A stretch of DNA of 62,942 nt, filler included, from Conidiobolus incongruus B7586 (lineage: Eukaryota), in NCBI GenBank assembly GCA_000697335.1. It is 30 parts of 30 records of this genome, joined end to end, with 100 filler letters (N's around TTAATTAATTAA, not from the genome) between each part and the next. Parts side by side here need not be neighbours in the genome. Positions count along the whole stretch, not along the records: positions 41,017 to 44,487 come from JNEM01004367.1; positions 44,588 to 45,928 come from JNEM01004371.1; positions 46,029 to 47,160 come from JNEM01004372.1; positions 47,261 to 53,593 come from JNEM01004373.1; positions 53,694 to 55,045 come from JNEM01004379.1; 25 more parts are not named here. One strand, written 5' to 3'. The position numbers and the translations under genes were made by a program. The notes beneath the pieces were generated by a model. It had not been told where the DNA came from and made no database searches. It worked only from the letters and a program-made list of their open reading frames with translations. Positions 41,017 to 55,045 of this stretch are shown here, in pieces (the first letter of the stretch is position 1; each line of letters begins with the position of its first letter).

Positions 41017-41390
41017 TAATTAAAAATTAATTTTTTTAATTTAAGCAAATTTTAAATAATTCCTTTTTTAGTTTTAAATTATTTATTTAATAATAAATAA
41101 TAAGATATTACCTTTATAGACTGTTTATAAGTAATTAATGATTTTAGAAGATATATAGTTAGGTTTTAATAATATAAAAGATATTTTTGATAATTATTAT
41201 TTGATAAAAATATAATTAAATAAAAATAATATTTTTTAAAAGAAAATTTTTAATAAAGAAATATAATAAATATAAATAGTTTAAAACTATATATTCCCTT
41301 ATTTATTTTGATTATAGTTTTTTAGAATTAATAATATCTTTAAATAATAAAAAATTAAAGAATTTCACATTTCTTTAATTTTGAAATGAT
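41017..41390 (-). mobile_element. Old mariner 5' fragment
   Basis: Resembles 13580-13950 and 880-1240; ends in TIR-like AATTTCACATTTCTTTAATTTT. Confidence 0.55.
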
Positions 41391-44300
41391 ATTAAGGAAT
41401 ATAAAATACAGAATATCAAATTTAGCCATATTATTAGATATTATTTTTGTTTAAAATAATATCAAAAAGTTCATCTCATACAAATAATTTGAATTATTAT
41501 ATGTTTATTTAAAACAATATTTCAATATAAAGAAATAAAATAATAGATATCATAATTATAAGATATTCTATCAAAATCTTATGATTACTATTAAATTTAA
41601 TTTTTCCTATTGCAATTCTCATATTTATAATATTATATTATCTATTATTTGCTAGTTTAACTTAAAAAATTTATATATTAAAAAATTTTATAGTCAAATC
41701 AATGATTGAAATTTTATATTTTCAAATTTAACTAATATTATATTGTTAAACTATGAAAAAATTTGATAATTTTAAGTCCTTGCTTAAGTTTATATTTACG
41801 ATTATATACAATTAAAGATTTTCCAAGTCTTAAAGCTAATAGTGAATACCATTCATTGTCATAAATATGTTACAATTTATTATACACAATCTTTAAATTT
41901 TACTCTTATCTATAATATTATTAATCATTATCTTAAAATATATTTTATATGTTAATTATTTAAAAATTAATGTAGATTCTTGGCTTGCATTTAAATATTA
42001 ATGATCTGTGTTAAAAATTAGCGAATAGTTACTTTCACACAATATATATTTGATATTTACTTGTTTTTAATATATTTAATACATAGTATAATTAACGTTA
42101 ATTTTTTTAGATATATTTAATGACAAATTTTTAAATTAAGATCTAATAAGAAATATTAATTTGTTTTAAATAATAATTAGATTGAATAAATAGTTTATTT
42201 TTTCATTTTTCAATTTAAATTTTCATTCGCTAAATTACTACAAATTTAGAATAATATTAATTTATAACAAATAAATAATTGAATCACATGTGATACTAAT
42301 AATTTCATTAATATATTGAAAATTTAATATTCAGTTTATTGTATCTCCTTAAAATCACTGGAGTAAGCATTATCAGGATTATATTAATTAACAAAATTAT
42401 TAAATACTAATGTTGAATCTTTCTTTTATTAAGTAATAGTTTCGATATCAACTTAAAAGAGTAATCAATATAATCAAAATTTTAATTTCATTTAAAGGCA
42501 TTTTTGTAATAATAATTAACTTTATATATTTCATCAATAATGCTTTACTATTTTAACTACATATATTAATTACTGAATAAATAGTTAAATCAAGAGCAAG
42601 TAGTATTCAAAAACAAAATCAAAGTTAAAAAGTGTAGATGATTTAAGAAAATTCAAACCAATGCTTTACATTAAATTCATGCGCTTATTAGTAATTATTT
42701 TTTCAAAAATGATTTATATTCCGTAGATTTACATCTATTTAAAAGATTCCAGTTTTAATAATCACTTTTTCGTATTTTGAACTAAGAGGTCTATTATATC
42801 TAAATATTGTACATGAGTTTTGTTAATTAAAATCTCTATTCAATTACTTTGAATAATCGTAATTTAATCACTTGAGTTTGTGAATTGAAATTATAAATCA
42901 GATCTGTTGTAATGTATTTTAGTCAAAATATTCTTTTCATATTTATCCAATTCTTATCAAAAATATCAAACTTTATCTTTAATAATTAAAATGATTACAG
43001 CAATTATATAAATTTGTGTTATATTTTATCCCAAATATAGAATATAAACTTTGCAATTAATATAGCATTAATATAAAAGGTTATTTGTTATCTAACTGTT
43101 TAACTAATTGATTTCGATTCAATTGCGACGTCAAAATCGTCGTTCGTACATATGATATTTAATAACCAATTTTCATATGATAGAATTCATAATATAATAA
43201 TATATTTTCGTAATCTTACTCAATAACCCTGAACCCTACTTTGGGATATTTTTATATTGCCATAAGCCATTTATTTTTAATCCATTCAACCATAGTCCTT
43301 TTTTATTATTTATTCAATACTTATCAATGAAAAATAATAATGAATTAAATTATTAAAATTTAAAAAATTTAATTAAATGAACTTAGCTATTTTAGTTCAA
43401 TGATATAAACTTTAATTGAATTAGTAAAAACTTTTTTAATTTCACATGGAATTATATTATTTAAAATTTTATTTTCTTATTTAGTTTCATCCATCCGTAT
43501 CCAATTTAACTATTCCATTTATGAAATTATTTTTAAATATATATTAAACTTTTAATAATTGATGAGAAGTTTTTATTCTTAATATTTTAATTCCATTTAA
43601 TTAACTAAATTAAGACTTAAATTTGTTATAATTTATATTGATTAGTTTATTTTATCATTATTAAGTGATTAATATAATAATTATAATATAATTCGAGATA
43701 TTATTAATAATATAAATTTAAAATATATTTTTGGAAAAAATTCACAAATTTAAAGTTTAAAATATTTAATTTCAATATATTCATATTTAAATCATTAAAG
43801 ATGCATATTGATATTAATCATTTTATTTTATTAATTAAACTGCTAATTAATTTTTATTATCAGATAATTTTAATTATCTAATTAACTTTTATAAAATTAA
43901 TTAAAATTCATCCTTTTAATAATTAAATTTTAAAAACTTGCTCTAATTTTCATTAAGATTTGGATTCAATGATGAATAAATTATAAAATAATAATAATCA
44001 CTGGAATTTTAAATATCAAATAATTTGATTTATATTTAATTTTTTATTTAGCATATATATTAACCTAGTTCTAAAAACTAAGGTAATTATATTAAGTTAG
44101 GTTTGAATGTTGATAAATTATAATATTTTAAAATATGTTATTTAATGCTTTATTTAAAAATTAATTAATAAAATTTTAATCCAATTTTCATATTTATATA
44201 TTTAAATAAAAATTGATAAATATAATGGAAATTAAGATAAAAAAATCAAGATATATAAATATATTAAATAAGACTATAATATTTTATTTAGCTTATATAT

Positions 44301-44650
44301 TATAAAAGCTATAATTCTTATAAATTATTTTAAAATTAATTAAAATATTTATATATTTTAATAAAATAATAAAAATAAATTAACAAGATATTTAGGTTTA
44401 AATAAAAAATAAGTATTGATAAAAAATATATAGTTATAAAGTTAAATTAAAGTTAATTGGTTTGATTAATTAAAAAATGATTTATTTNNNNNNNNNNNNN
44501 NNNNNNNNNNNNNNNNNNNNNNNNNNNNNNNTTAATTAATTAANNNNNNNNNNNNNNNNNNNNNNNNNNNNNNNNNNNNNNNNNNNNATTAAAAAAATAT
44601 GTAAAACAAATATTACTTAAATTTTTATTTCTTTTATTTATTATTATATA

Positions 44651-45928
44651 TACTAGTTTATAAAAGTGAGTCATAAAATTATGATTATATATATTATTAT
44701 CAATAACTCTGTTAATTCTTAATCAAATTAATCTAAATTAAAATATATAATAAATTTATATTATTTATTTATAATTAAATATATTTAATCTAATTATCTT
44801 AACTTTTAGTTGATATATTAAAATTTAAATTTTACCTAAGATAAGTGATAAATTTGTGTATTTTGGCTTTAGAAAGAAAATTAAAACTTAATATATTTAC
44901 CTTTTGCTTTCTTAACTTCCTTAAGTTTATAGGGTATAGAGTCAACTAACTTCTTATATTAAAAAGGATTAATTTTGTTCCAAACTTCTTAAATATATTC
45001 TTAAAGCTTATTTAAATTTTTTGCTGGTGGGAAAGCTTTAATTACTTTTTTTAACTAATCCTAAAGGTATTTAATTAGATTAAGGTTAAGAGATTAAAGA
45101 AGCTACTTTATAACTATTATTTTATTATTTTTAAACTATTTAGTAGTAGAAATAGTAATATAGCAAAAGGTATTATCTTGTTGGAAAATAATATCTGATT
45201 TATTTAATCTATATTATTCAATAGTTTTTTTTAATTTATTGTTTAGAATATTTTAATATATTTCAACATTAATTCCCTTATTAATTTTACAAAAATACTT
45301 TACACTAGAAGATAATATATATCTATAAACTATAATTAACTTATCATTATATTTTTGGGTTAAAATAACATGATGGTTATAAAGTAGTTCTTTGTCTTTA
45401 CTGAAATATTTAGATTTTCTATTAGAATTACTAAGGTATATTTTTGTTTTATTAAATTAAATAACCTTACCTTAATCAGTTTTAGTTCAACTTTAATGAT
45501 AATATTTAAACTCCTACTTAACTTTATAATAATATTTCTTTAATTAAAGGTGTTTTTTTAAAATATAAGTAGTATCTATTATAATATAAAGTATATATAA
45601 TAATATTAATATTAACTAATATTCTTATATAGTTTTATAACTCTTTCTGTTTTTCTACAGTAATATTATATTTATTTATATTAATCAACCTACAAATATA
45701 CCTTTCATTAAATTTATCTATAATCCTAGCATATTTAAGTTTAGGTTTAGATATATCTTTACCATAATTTTTAATAACTTTAGTTATAGTAAACTAGCTA
45801 ACACTAATAATTCTAGCAATCTTATAAGTTAATTTACCTTTATTATAAAGTTGATTAATATATAAGTGAATCTTTTTAGAGAGGGATTTAGGTATTTTAA
45901 TACTAATATTATTTAAAATAATAATTTA
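44651..45928 (-). mobile_element. Tc1 transposon, one end cut by gap
   Basis: TIR TACTAGTTTATAAAAGTGAGTCATAAAATT; collinear with 6329-7600. Confidence 0.9.
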
Positions 45929-46028
45929 NNNNNNNNNNNNNNNNNNNNNNNNNNNNNNNNNNNNNNNNNNNNTTAATTAATTAANNNNNNNNNNNNNNNN
46001 NNNNNNNNNNNNNNNNNNNNNNNNNNNN

Positions 46029-47160
46029 TAATTAACTTTATAAAAAAATACATTAACCTATAATATTGTTAAAATTACTAGTTTTAGCTAATTTACTATA
46101 GTTAAGGTTATTAAGAATAATAATAAAAATATATTTAAATTTAAACTTAAATATGTTAAAATTATCATTAAATATAATAAAGAGTATATATATAAGTTGA
46201 TTAATTTAAGTAAATATAATATTAATATAAGAATATAATAAGAATTATAAAACTATATAAAAATTTTAATTAACACTAATATTATTATATATCCTTTAAT
46301 TTAATATACATACCACCTATATCTCAAGAAAAAATATTTTTAATTATAGAAATCTAATTATAAAGTTAAGTAAGAGTTTAAATATTATTTTCAATATTAA
46401 ACTAAAATTAATTAAAATAAAATAATTTAATGAAACAAAAATATAGCTTAATAAATCTAATAGAAAAGCTAGATATTTAAAAAAATATAGTTCTACTTTA
46501 TAGTCATTATGTTGATTTTACCTAAAAGTATAATAATAAGTTAATTATTATTTAATATTATATATTATCTTTAAATATAAAGTATTTTTGTAAAATTAAT
46601 AAGGGAATTAATATTAAGATATATTAAAATATTTTATAAATAAATAAAAAAATACTAAAAAATAATATAGGTTAAATAAATTTAAAATTATTTTTTAGCA
46701 AAATAATATCTTTTGTTATATTATAGTTTTTATTACCAAATAACTTAGGAATAATAAAATAATAGTTATAAAGTAGTTTTTTTAATTTCTTAACCTTAAT
46801 CTAATTAAATATTTTTGGGATTAATTAAAAAAAGCTATTAAAATTTTCCTTTTCATTAAAGATTTCAATTAGTTTTAAAAAATATTTAAGAAATATAAAA
46901 TAAAATTTATTATTTTCAATATAAAAAGCTAGTTGATTTTATACCCCATAAATTTAAAGAAGTTAAAAAAATTAAAGATAAATATATTAAATTTTAATTT
47001 TTTTTATCATTAAAAACCTATCAGTTTATATTTTATCTTAAGTAAAATTTCAGAGCTAATATTTTAACTAATTAATAACTAAATATCATTATTTAATAAT
47101 TTATATTATTAATAAAAATATAATGTTAATTATCTAATTTAAGTTTATTTTATTAAAAAT
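46029..47160 (+). mobile_element. Tc1 transposon, partial
   Basis: Collinear with 11135-12275. Confidence 0.85.
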
Positions 47161-47260
47161 NNNNNNNNNNNNNNNNNNNNNNNNNNNNNNNNNNNNNNNN
47201 NNNNTTAATTAATTAANNNNNNNNNNNNNNNNNNNNNNNNNNNNNNNNNNNNNNNNNNNN

Positions 47261-49612
47261 TGTTTAAATATCATATTGTTATAATGAATTTCAAGTAATT
47301 CTAACTTTAAATCAAGTATATCAAGTATATAGAAATAACTATAATAATAAAATAAGTTAATTTAAAACTTATAATATTTTATATAATAAAGTATCTTAAT
47401 ATTTTTATTAATAATTATATATGATTTTATAGTATTATAAAAGTTATTATTGTATAATACATTCTTAATTGTCTTATTTATATTAATGGTATAAATTAAG
47501 TTAATATTATTGTTATTAATATTATTTTTTTGATATTTGATATATAATAGGATATATTTAATTCTTCTAGATAATAAATTAGTAATTTTATTATATTTTT
47601 CCTTTATATATTTTGTATATAGGTTAAATACTTGAATTAAACTAATTTAATTAACTTGGTGTTTATTAAGATATTTTTAACTATTAAAATATACTAGGGA
47701 ATAATAATCTATAAGGATATATACTAATTTAGATAATATATAAGGTTTAAAATATTTTAAACATTTAATTAAAATAAGTAGTTTTTTTATATATATAATA
47801 ATATAATTCTAAAAGTGACATTTTTATTAAATATAAGACAATAAAATATAAATTTAATTTTTTAAAAATAATTTTAGTAATCTTTACTCCCTTTTCAAAT
47901 TAATTAAAGAATAAAATATTAAAGTCTTTAGAATTAGATTAAGCTGACTATTTATTTATAATAAAGTAAAAAGCATCAGTGAATATAATCATAGGTAAAT
48001 TAAGGTTAAATGAAATAAAATAAAAGATGATAATAACAGAATAAATCAATTTAAAAAAAATAATATATTCTTTTAAAATTTGAGTTTATTTTATATTATT
48101 CTTTAATAAATTAGTTAATAGTGTTAAATTAACTACAAAAGCTTTTATAGAGTTATAAAAATAATTGGTAATTCTAAAAAATAATTATAAAAAAGTTATA
48201 TTAATAGATATAAATTATTCATTAATATTAGAAATTTTCTCAGGACTTATATATATACTTTTAAAAGATAAAATATAACCACAAGAAAAGACTTTGTTTT
48301 TAACAAATATATATTTAATGAGTTTAATAAAAAACTTATTTTTGCAAATATTTTAAATACATTTCTAAAATATTTAATATAATAATTTAATAATCTAAAT
48401 TAAAATGTTATTTAAATAAAAAATAAAACATAAATCTTAGATTTTGAAAAATAAATTATTGATAAGTTGAGAAAAAACTATAAAAGCATTATAAAGTTTA
48501 AAATATAAAATTATAAATTTATAATATTTAAATTTAATATTAAAAGTAGTTAAAAGAATAAAATCAAGATTTATTATAATATTATAATATTTATCATGAT
48601 ATTTAATTTAATATAATATTTATATTTTATAATTAAATTTCTTAGTTTAGTGAGATTAAAAAAAGATATACAATCTTTAATTATTTTCTTATTTAAAACT
48701 TTAAAATGTATATAAAATCTTAAGCCATTATTTTTTTTAATAAAAAATAACAAGTAAACTTTAGGAAGAGGTAAATGGTTTAATAAAACTTTTATTCAAT
48801 AACTTCTTCAAAATATCTTTTAAAATAGTATTTTTTTATAAGGATATATAATAAAGTAAGTGCTGAATTATTTGAATTCTTAGTTTAAGTTTAATATAAT
48901 GTTTTACATTTTTCTTTAATAGAATAAAAGTTTATAGTTAATATAAATTAAAGTATTCAAGTATTAAATTATATAATAAATATTAAGGAGTTAAATTTCT
49001 GTTAGTAGTAATATTTAAATTAATTCCCTCAACATAATATATTTTAGATTAATTAATTTGGATAAAAAAAATCAATCCTTTATGTTTAAAATATTTAGCT
49101 TTAATAATAGAGTTAAATGATTTTTTTATAACAATTAAGTTATTAAATTTAAGTTCATCATAATTTTTTTAAATTTTATAATTTTTTCTATTTTTTTATG
49201 TTTTTGGGAGGTTTTAACAATAATATATTGATAATTATTGTAATATATAAATTAGTTTGTATTGCTTAAAGTAAATGATAAATATTTATGAATTTAATCT
49301 AAATATAAAATAATATTATACTATAATAGGGCAATGATAAGTTTAAGGGTTTATTTATAGTTTAAAGTTAAAGAAATATTAGTAATAATATATTTAAAAG
49401 AATTAAATTTAAAAAGATTAGCTATAGTAATTATATAAGGTCCTATAATAATTAATAAATTAAAATTTTTTATATGATGATAATTAAAAAAAATATCTAA
49501 TAGCTTTAATATCAATTAAATTTAATATTAAGTGAGTATTTAAATTTTTAATGATAATTAAAGATCTAATAAATCTTATTTATATAGTTTAAATTTTAAT
49601 AGTTTTTTAAGA
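47261..49612 (-). mobile_element. Ty3/Gypsy family E remnant (protease - RT - RNase H)
   Basis: Minus strand: LIDIKA (LIDTGA) ~49503-49520, YNIIL.LD* ~49295-49320, KLLNKSFIKPFTSS*SLLVI (GFI.PS.SPW.SP) ~48750-48805, YLNNILI (YLDDILI) ~48398-48418, RNase H KLLIL.KCLK.F..Y, IDYYSL, NKITNLLSR ~47565. Confidence 0.88.
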
Positions 49613-49937
49613 TATTAGTAATTATAGGTTTAGATGTAAATATAAAACTAATATTATAGTTTATATTGATATTAGTAATTGTAATATTATTTATAATATA
49701 GCAACCATTATATTATTTAAATTATTAACTATTTAAGTTTTATATTAAATAATTATTAAATTTATTCAATTAATTAAAGTTAATATATAAAGGAAATTAA
49801 ACCAAAAAAGGTTTATTAATAGATTAATTATACTAAAGTCTTCCTTTTATAAAAAGACATATTATTTAATTATATATAAATAAAAAAATTGTGTTATAAT
49901 TTATAAAAATTTTAAGAGTTATTATTGTTTTATAATA
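49613..49937 (-). repeat. Putative 3' LTR of Gypsy family F
   Basis: Begins TATTA (TGTTA) immediately after a polypurine tract AAAGGGAG (49938-49945, minus strand); the left boundary at TAATA is tentative. Confidence 0.5.
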
Positions 49938-52900
49938 CTCCCTTTAAACTTAATATAATAAAATAAAGTCACTCTTTAAAATAATTAAGACTGTTTATTA
50001 AGGAATTTTCTTAAAGCTTCAAAGTATATAATATTTTCTTTATTTTCCCAAATAGCTTTATTAAAAAATTAACTTTTCTAGTATATAAGGTATTTATTTT
50101 GATTCTAATAAATTCAATAATCTATAATCTTATTAACAACATATATTTTGTATTATCAGATAATAAAGAGGGTAAAAATAAATAGTATATTTAAGAAAAT
50201 ATTCTCTAAGATTTTAATATAACTTTAACAACTTTATATAAAAAACAAAATAAATTTATAAGTTAAAAGTTAAGATTAATTTATATATATCTAGCTATAA
50301 TCTTTTATTATTGGTAAAATAAAGTCTTAATTATTAATATAAAAATTAAGAAATAGCAAATTTTTTAAATTCTAATCTTTCAAACATATTATACATTTTG
50401 AAAGATTATATATATATAATTATATTGGAAAATAAATATTTTCAAACTATATATATATAATTAATTTTTATTATTATTTTTATTAAAATATTTTGATTTT
50501 GAAATTTACACCTAAATTTAATTATACTTATATTGGATTGTGATTATCAAATGGTTTTTATTTTTTATCATTAAAACTTAATCATAAATCATTCAAAATC
50601 ATCTAAATCTTGCAAATAGCTTATAAAGATGGTGCTTTATCTAAAATTACCATATATCACTAGATTTGTGATTTTTAAGCTAGAAGGGATATTAATCAAA
50701 ATTTACCAAAATCTAAAAGATTAATTTCTATTGTTACTTTTTTATTTACTAATAAAGTAAAAAAATATATTAAGAAATATTTTTTTATTTCTACTAGAGA
50801 ACTATTAAAAGAATTGAATATTAATTATATAAGCATATTATATTTAATTAAGTTTAAACTTAAATTAATTAATAAAAATGTAAAAAAGATACCTTATAAT
50901 TTAATAGAAATATAAAAGAAAACTAGAGTAATTAATAGCTAAACTAAACTTATTAAGATATAACCAAAAACAAAGGTTTTTATAGTAAATACTTATAATG
51001 GATGAATCTTAAATTTCTTTATATAATCCTTTACCTAAAAATAAAACAAAATGTTAGGTTAAGCTAAATCAATCCCCTCTATAAATTCCAATAAAAAACA
51101 ATTTAAATATAAGCAAATGATAATTATTATAATAGATTATATTGTTATATGGTTTTTTTATTTAATACCTCAAGGCAAATCAATTAATAGTAAGTTATAT
51201 ATTATTTTTTTAAATAAAACAATTTCTAAATAATGTTCTGAATATAAATTGAAGATATCTATTATTTTACATGATAACTGCAAAATATATAAAGCTAAAG
51301 CTGTAAAAGATTTTTTATATAAAAAAATTAAAGGGAGTTACTATATCTAATATATTTACCTAATTATAACCTATATAATTATAATTGTTTTAGACAATTA
51401 AAAAAACAGCTTATAGGAAAAAAATTCCTGTAAACCAATTAAATTGGTTTGTGAAATATCAAATTTTAGTCTTTAATAAAAAAAAATATTATTTAGATAT
51501 TAGAAGCTTACTAAAGGTATAGAAAAGAGTTATTAATAATAAAAATAGCTATTAATTTTATATTTTTGATTAATATTTATATATTATTTATTAATTTATT
51601 TGTTTAATTCTAATTTTAAAATTGTGCCATTATTTAATTTCTATACTAATATTTAATTAATAGTTTATTGGTAGGTTAACTAAAGTTTTAAGGAAAATTA
51701 ACTCTATCTAAAATAATAATACTAAAATATTAGGAGATAAAATAAAAAAAAGATAGATATTTAAATTATAGTAATAAGCTTATTTATTTAAAATAAAGAA
51801 AATATAGTCTTAAGCTATAAATAAAAAAGAATATATCTACTCTATAAAGTTTATAACATTAGATAAGATATCAATATTAAATATTACATTAATAATTTAA
51901 ATAAGATATTAGATATAATTTAAGTAAAATAATATTATATTTATAGATAAGTTAACTCGATTGTTAAAAACAAATTTAAATAGAGATAAATTTTTAACTT
52001 AATTTTTCCTATTATAATTAAGGTAAGATTTAAAAACTTCCTTTAAAACAAAAATTGCTTATTAAAATTAATTATTATATTATTGAAGATAAGATATTAT
52101 AAGGTTATATTCACAACCTAATAATTTTATAAATAAAAACTAGAATTTACTTATTAATTTTATATTATAGTTTATTATAATAGTTGATGGAAGCTTATAA
52201 TATCTAAAGATATTCTTAATAAATAACTTAATGATAGTTTTTAAATTAACTTTCTTATTAGTTTATATAAAGTATATTATTTTTGTTAAGTAATTTAAGA
52301 TAATAAAAGCACAATTAAAACTATCTAAAGTTTATAATGTTTTAATAAAATCTATAGTAATATTAAACCAACAAGTTTAGGAAATAGGTATGAATTAAAT
52401 TGCTAAAAGGGAATTAGTTAAGATGTATATTAATTTAATATTAATCATAAAAGCAAATGTAATTTTATATATCTTTTTTTATATTAAGCTAGTAGATATT
52501 ACAGAAGAGCTTATATTATATATAGAGTTAATTTTAATAACCTAATATAGTAAAATTATGAGAAAAGTTTATCAGTTATAGTTTAATATTTAATATATTA
52601 AGAATATAGATATATAAATTATAATAACGTAGGTTATTATTATATGAATAGTATTTTATATTAGTTTAAATAGAATCATTCAAGTTGCAAATATAATTTT
52701 TAATTTTTAAAACATAACTATTATTAAGAAATATATTTTAAATATTATTTTATATAGTTAACTAAGATTTTTTTAAAGAAATATTATTTAACTTAATATA
52801 AATTAATTTATATTAACTTTAAATAAAAGTATAATTAAATTGTCTAGAGATAAATTTAATAAAAGTATTATATTTTCTTGTAATAAAATAGATATATAAG

Positions 52901-53593
52901 TTAAATTTTTAGAGAAATTTATTCTATAAAGATTAATATTTAAATAATTAAAGTTGATTGTTAATTTATATAATAATTTTATAATCTGTGAGTGAATAGA
53001 TAAATTAACCTAATGAGTAATAACAGAAATATTTAAGATATTTAATAATAACAAAAACTTTTTGATTATATACTAGGTAGTTAATTTCTATAGAAGTTAT
53101 TTTAAAAGAAGAAAATATAATAGGATAAAGATTAAAGTGTTTTAAATCTAGTAATTTAATTATTATTCTCTTCTTAATTTAATTTAAGTAAATGAGATTA
53201 TAATCTAAAGAATTAAGTTAACTTAATTAACTATTAATAATAAAGCTAAAGATGTTTGTGAATAAGATTATTAGTATTAAAAAGTTAAAGCTATAAAGTA
53301 TAAAGGTATTACTAACAATATTAATAATTGTTAAATAAGTAGAATATTCTAAAAGAGTTTATATCTATAGAGATAATTTATAAAATAAGTTAATTAATAA
53401 TAGAATAATTTTTATATAATCATCAATAAAGTTTTTGGAATAGTTTACTATACCTAAAAATAATATAAAAAATATCTTTCAACAAAGATAAATTAAGATT
53501 ATATATATTAAATCTTATCTAAATTAATTTTAATTCCATCAGAAAATATAATATAGCTATTAAATAAGATTTCTAAAATAATAAAATAATATT
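49938..53593 (-). mobile_element. Ty3/Gypsy family F (chromovirus) remnant: RNase H - integrase - chromodomain, split by a mariner
   Basis: Minus strand: YPIIFSS....EINYLVYNQK.F.IIK.LK.F ~53030-53125; IPIS*TCWFNITIDF...FNCAFIILNYLTK..YFI ~52265-52395; IYFVFYIKLLKLY (IHPVFHV.LLKPY) ~50220-50256; chromodomain YVVNKIIDY*...KYLIY*KS.....AIWE ~50045-50145; stop at 49985. Confidence 0.88.
50334..51649 (+). mobile_element. Mariner (DD34D) transposon, full length (1316 bp) with TA TSD
   Basis: TA|TTAATATAAAAATTAAGAAATAGC ... GCCATTATTTAATTTCTATACTAA|TA; MDES*I.LYNP (first D) ~50998, ILHDNCK ~51264, KIPYNL ~50886. Confidence 0.92.
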
Positions 53594-53762
53594 NNNNNNN
53601 NNNNNNNNNNNNNNNNNNNNNNNNNNNNNNNNNNNNNTTAATTAATTAANNNNNNNNNNNNNNNNNNNNNNNNNNNNNNNNNNNNNNNNNNNNATTAAAA
53701 TAATATATAAAATTTAAAATATAAAATATTTAACTTGAATTATAATATAATATATATATATA

Positions 53763-55045
53763 TACTAGTTTGCAAAAATGAGTTATAAAATTATGATTAT
53801 ATATATTATTATCAATAGCTTTGTTAATTCTTAATCAAATTAATTTAAATCAAAATATATAATAAATTTATATTATTTATCTATAATTAAGTATATTTAA
53901 TCTAACTATATTAACTTTTAATTGATATATTAAAATTTAAATTTTATCTAAGATGAGTTATAAATTTATATAATTTAGTTATAAAAAGAAAATTAAAACT
54001 TAATATATCTATCTTTAATTTTCTTAACTTTTGTAAGTTTATAGGGTATAAAGTCAACTAACTTCTTATATTAAAAAGGATTAATTTTGTTCTAAGCTTT
54101 TTAAACATATTTTTAAAGCTTATTTAAATTTTTTGCTAGTGGGAAAATTTTAACTATTTTTTTAATTGATTCCAAAGGTATTTAATAAGATTAAGATTAA
54201 AGGATTAAAGAAGCTACTTTATAACTATTAATTTATTATTTTTAAACCATTTGGTAGTAGAAATAATAATATAACAAATGGTTTTATTTTATTGGAAAAT
54301 AATATCTGATTTATTTAACCTATGCTATTCAATAGTTTTTTTTAATTTATTATTTAAAATATTTTAATATATCTTAATATTAATACCCTTATCAACTTTA
54401 CAAAAATACCTTATACTAGAAGATAATATATATCCTTAAATTATAATTAACCCAGTATTATATTTTTAGGTTGAAATAACATAATGGTCATAAAGTAGTT
54501 TTTTGTCATTTCTAAAATATCTAGCTTTTCTATTAAATCTATTAAAATATATTTTTGTTTTATCAAACTAAATAACCTTACTCTAATTAGTTTTAGTTTA
54601 AGTTTAATGATAATATTTAAACCTTTACCTAGTTTAATAATGGGATTTTTTTAATTGGGGGTGTTTTTACTTGAAATATAAGTGATATCTATTATAATAT
54701 AAAGCATATATAATAATATTAGTATCAGCTAATATTCTTGTATAATCTTGTAAATTTTTCTGTATTTTTATAGTAATATTATACTTACCTATATTAATTA
54801 ACCTATAAATATATCTTTTATAATGATTATTTACTATCCTAATATACTTAAGTTTAAGTTTAGATATATCCTTATCATAATTTTTAATTATTTTAACTAT
54901 AGTAAATTAGCTAACACTAGTAATTCTAATAATCTCATAAATTGATTTATCTTTATTATAAAGTTAATTAATATATAAGTAAATCATTTTAAAAAGGGAT
55001 TTAAGTATTTTAATACTAATATTATTTAAAATAATAATTTACAAT
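53763..55045 (-). mobile_element. Tc1 transposon, one end cut by gap
   Basis: TIR TACTAGTTTGCAAAAATGAGTTATAAAATT after (TA)n; collinear with 44651-45928. Confidence 0.9.
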
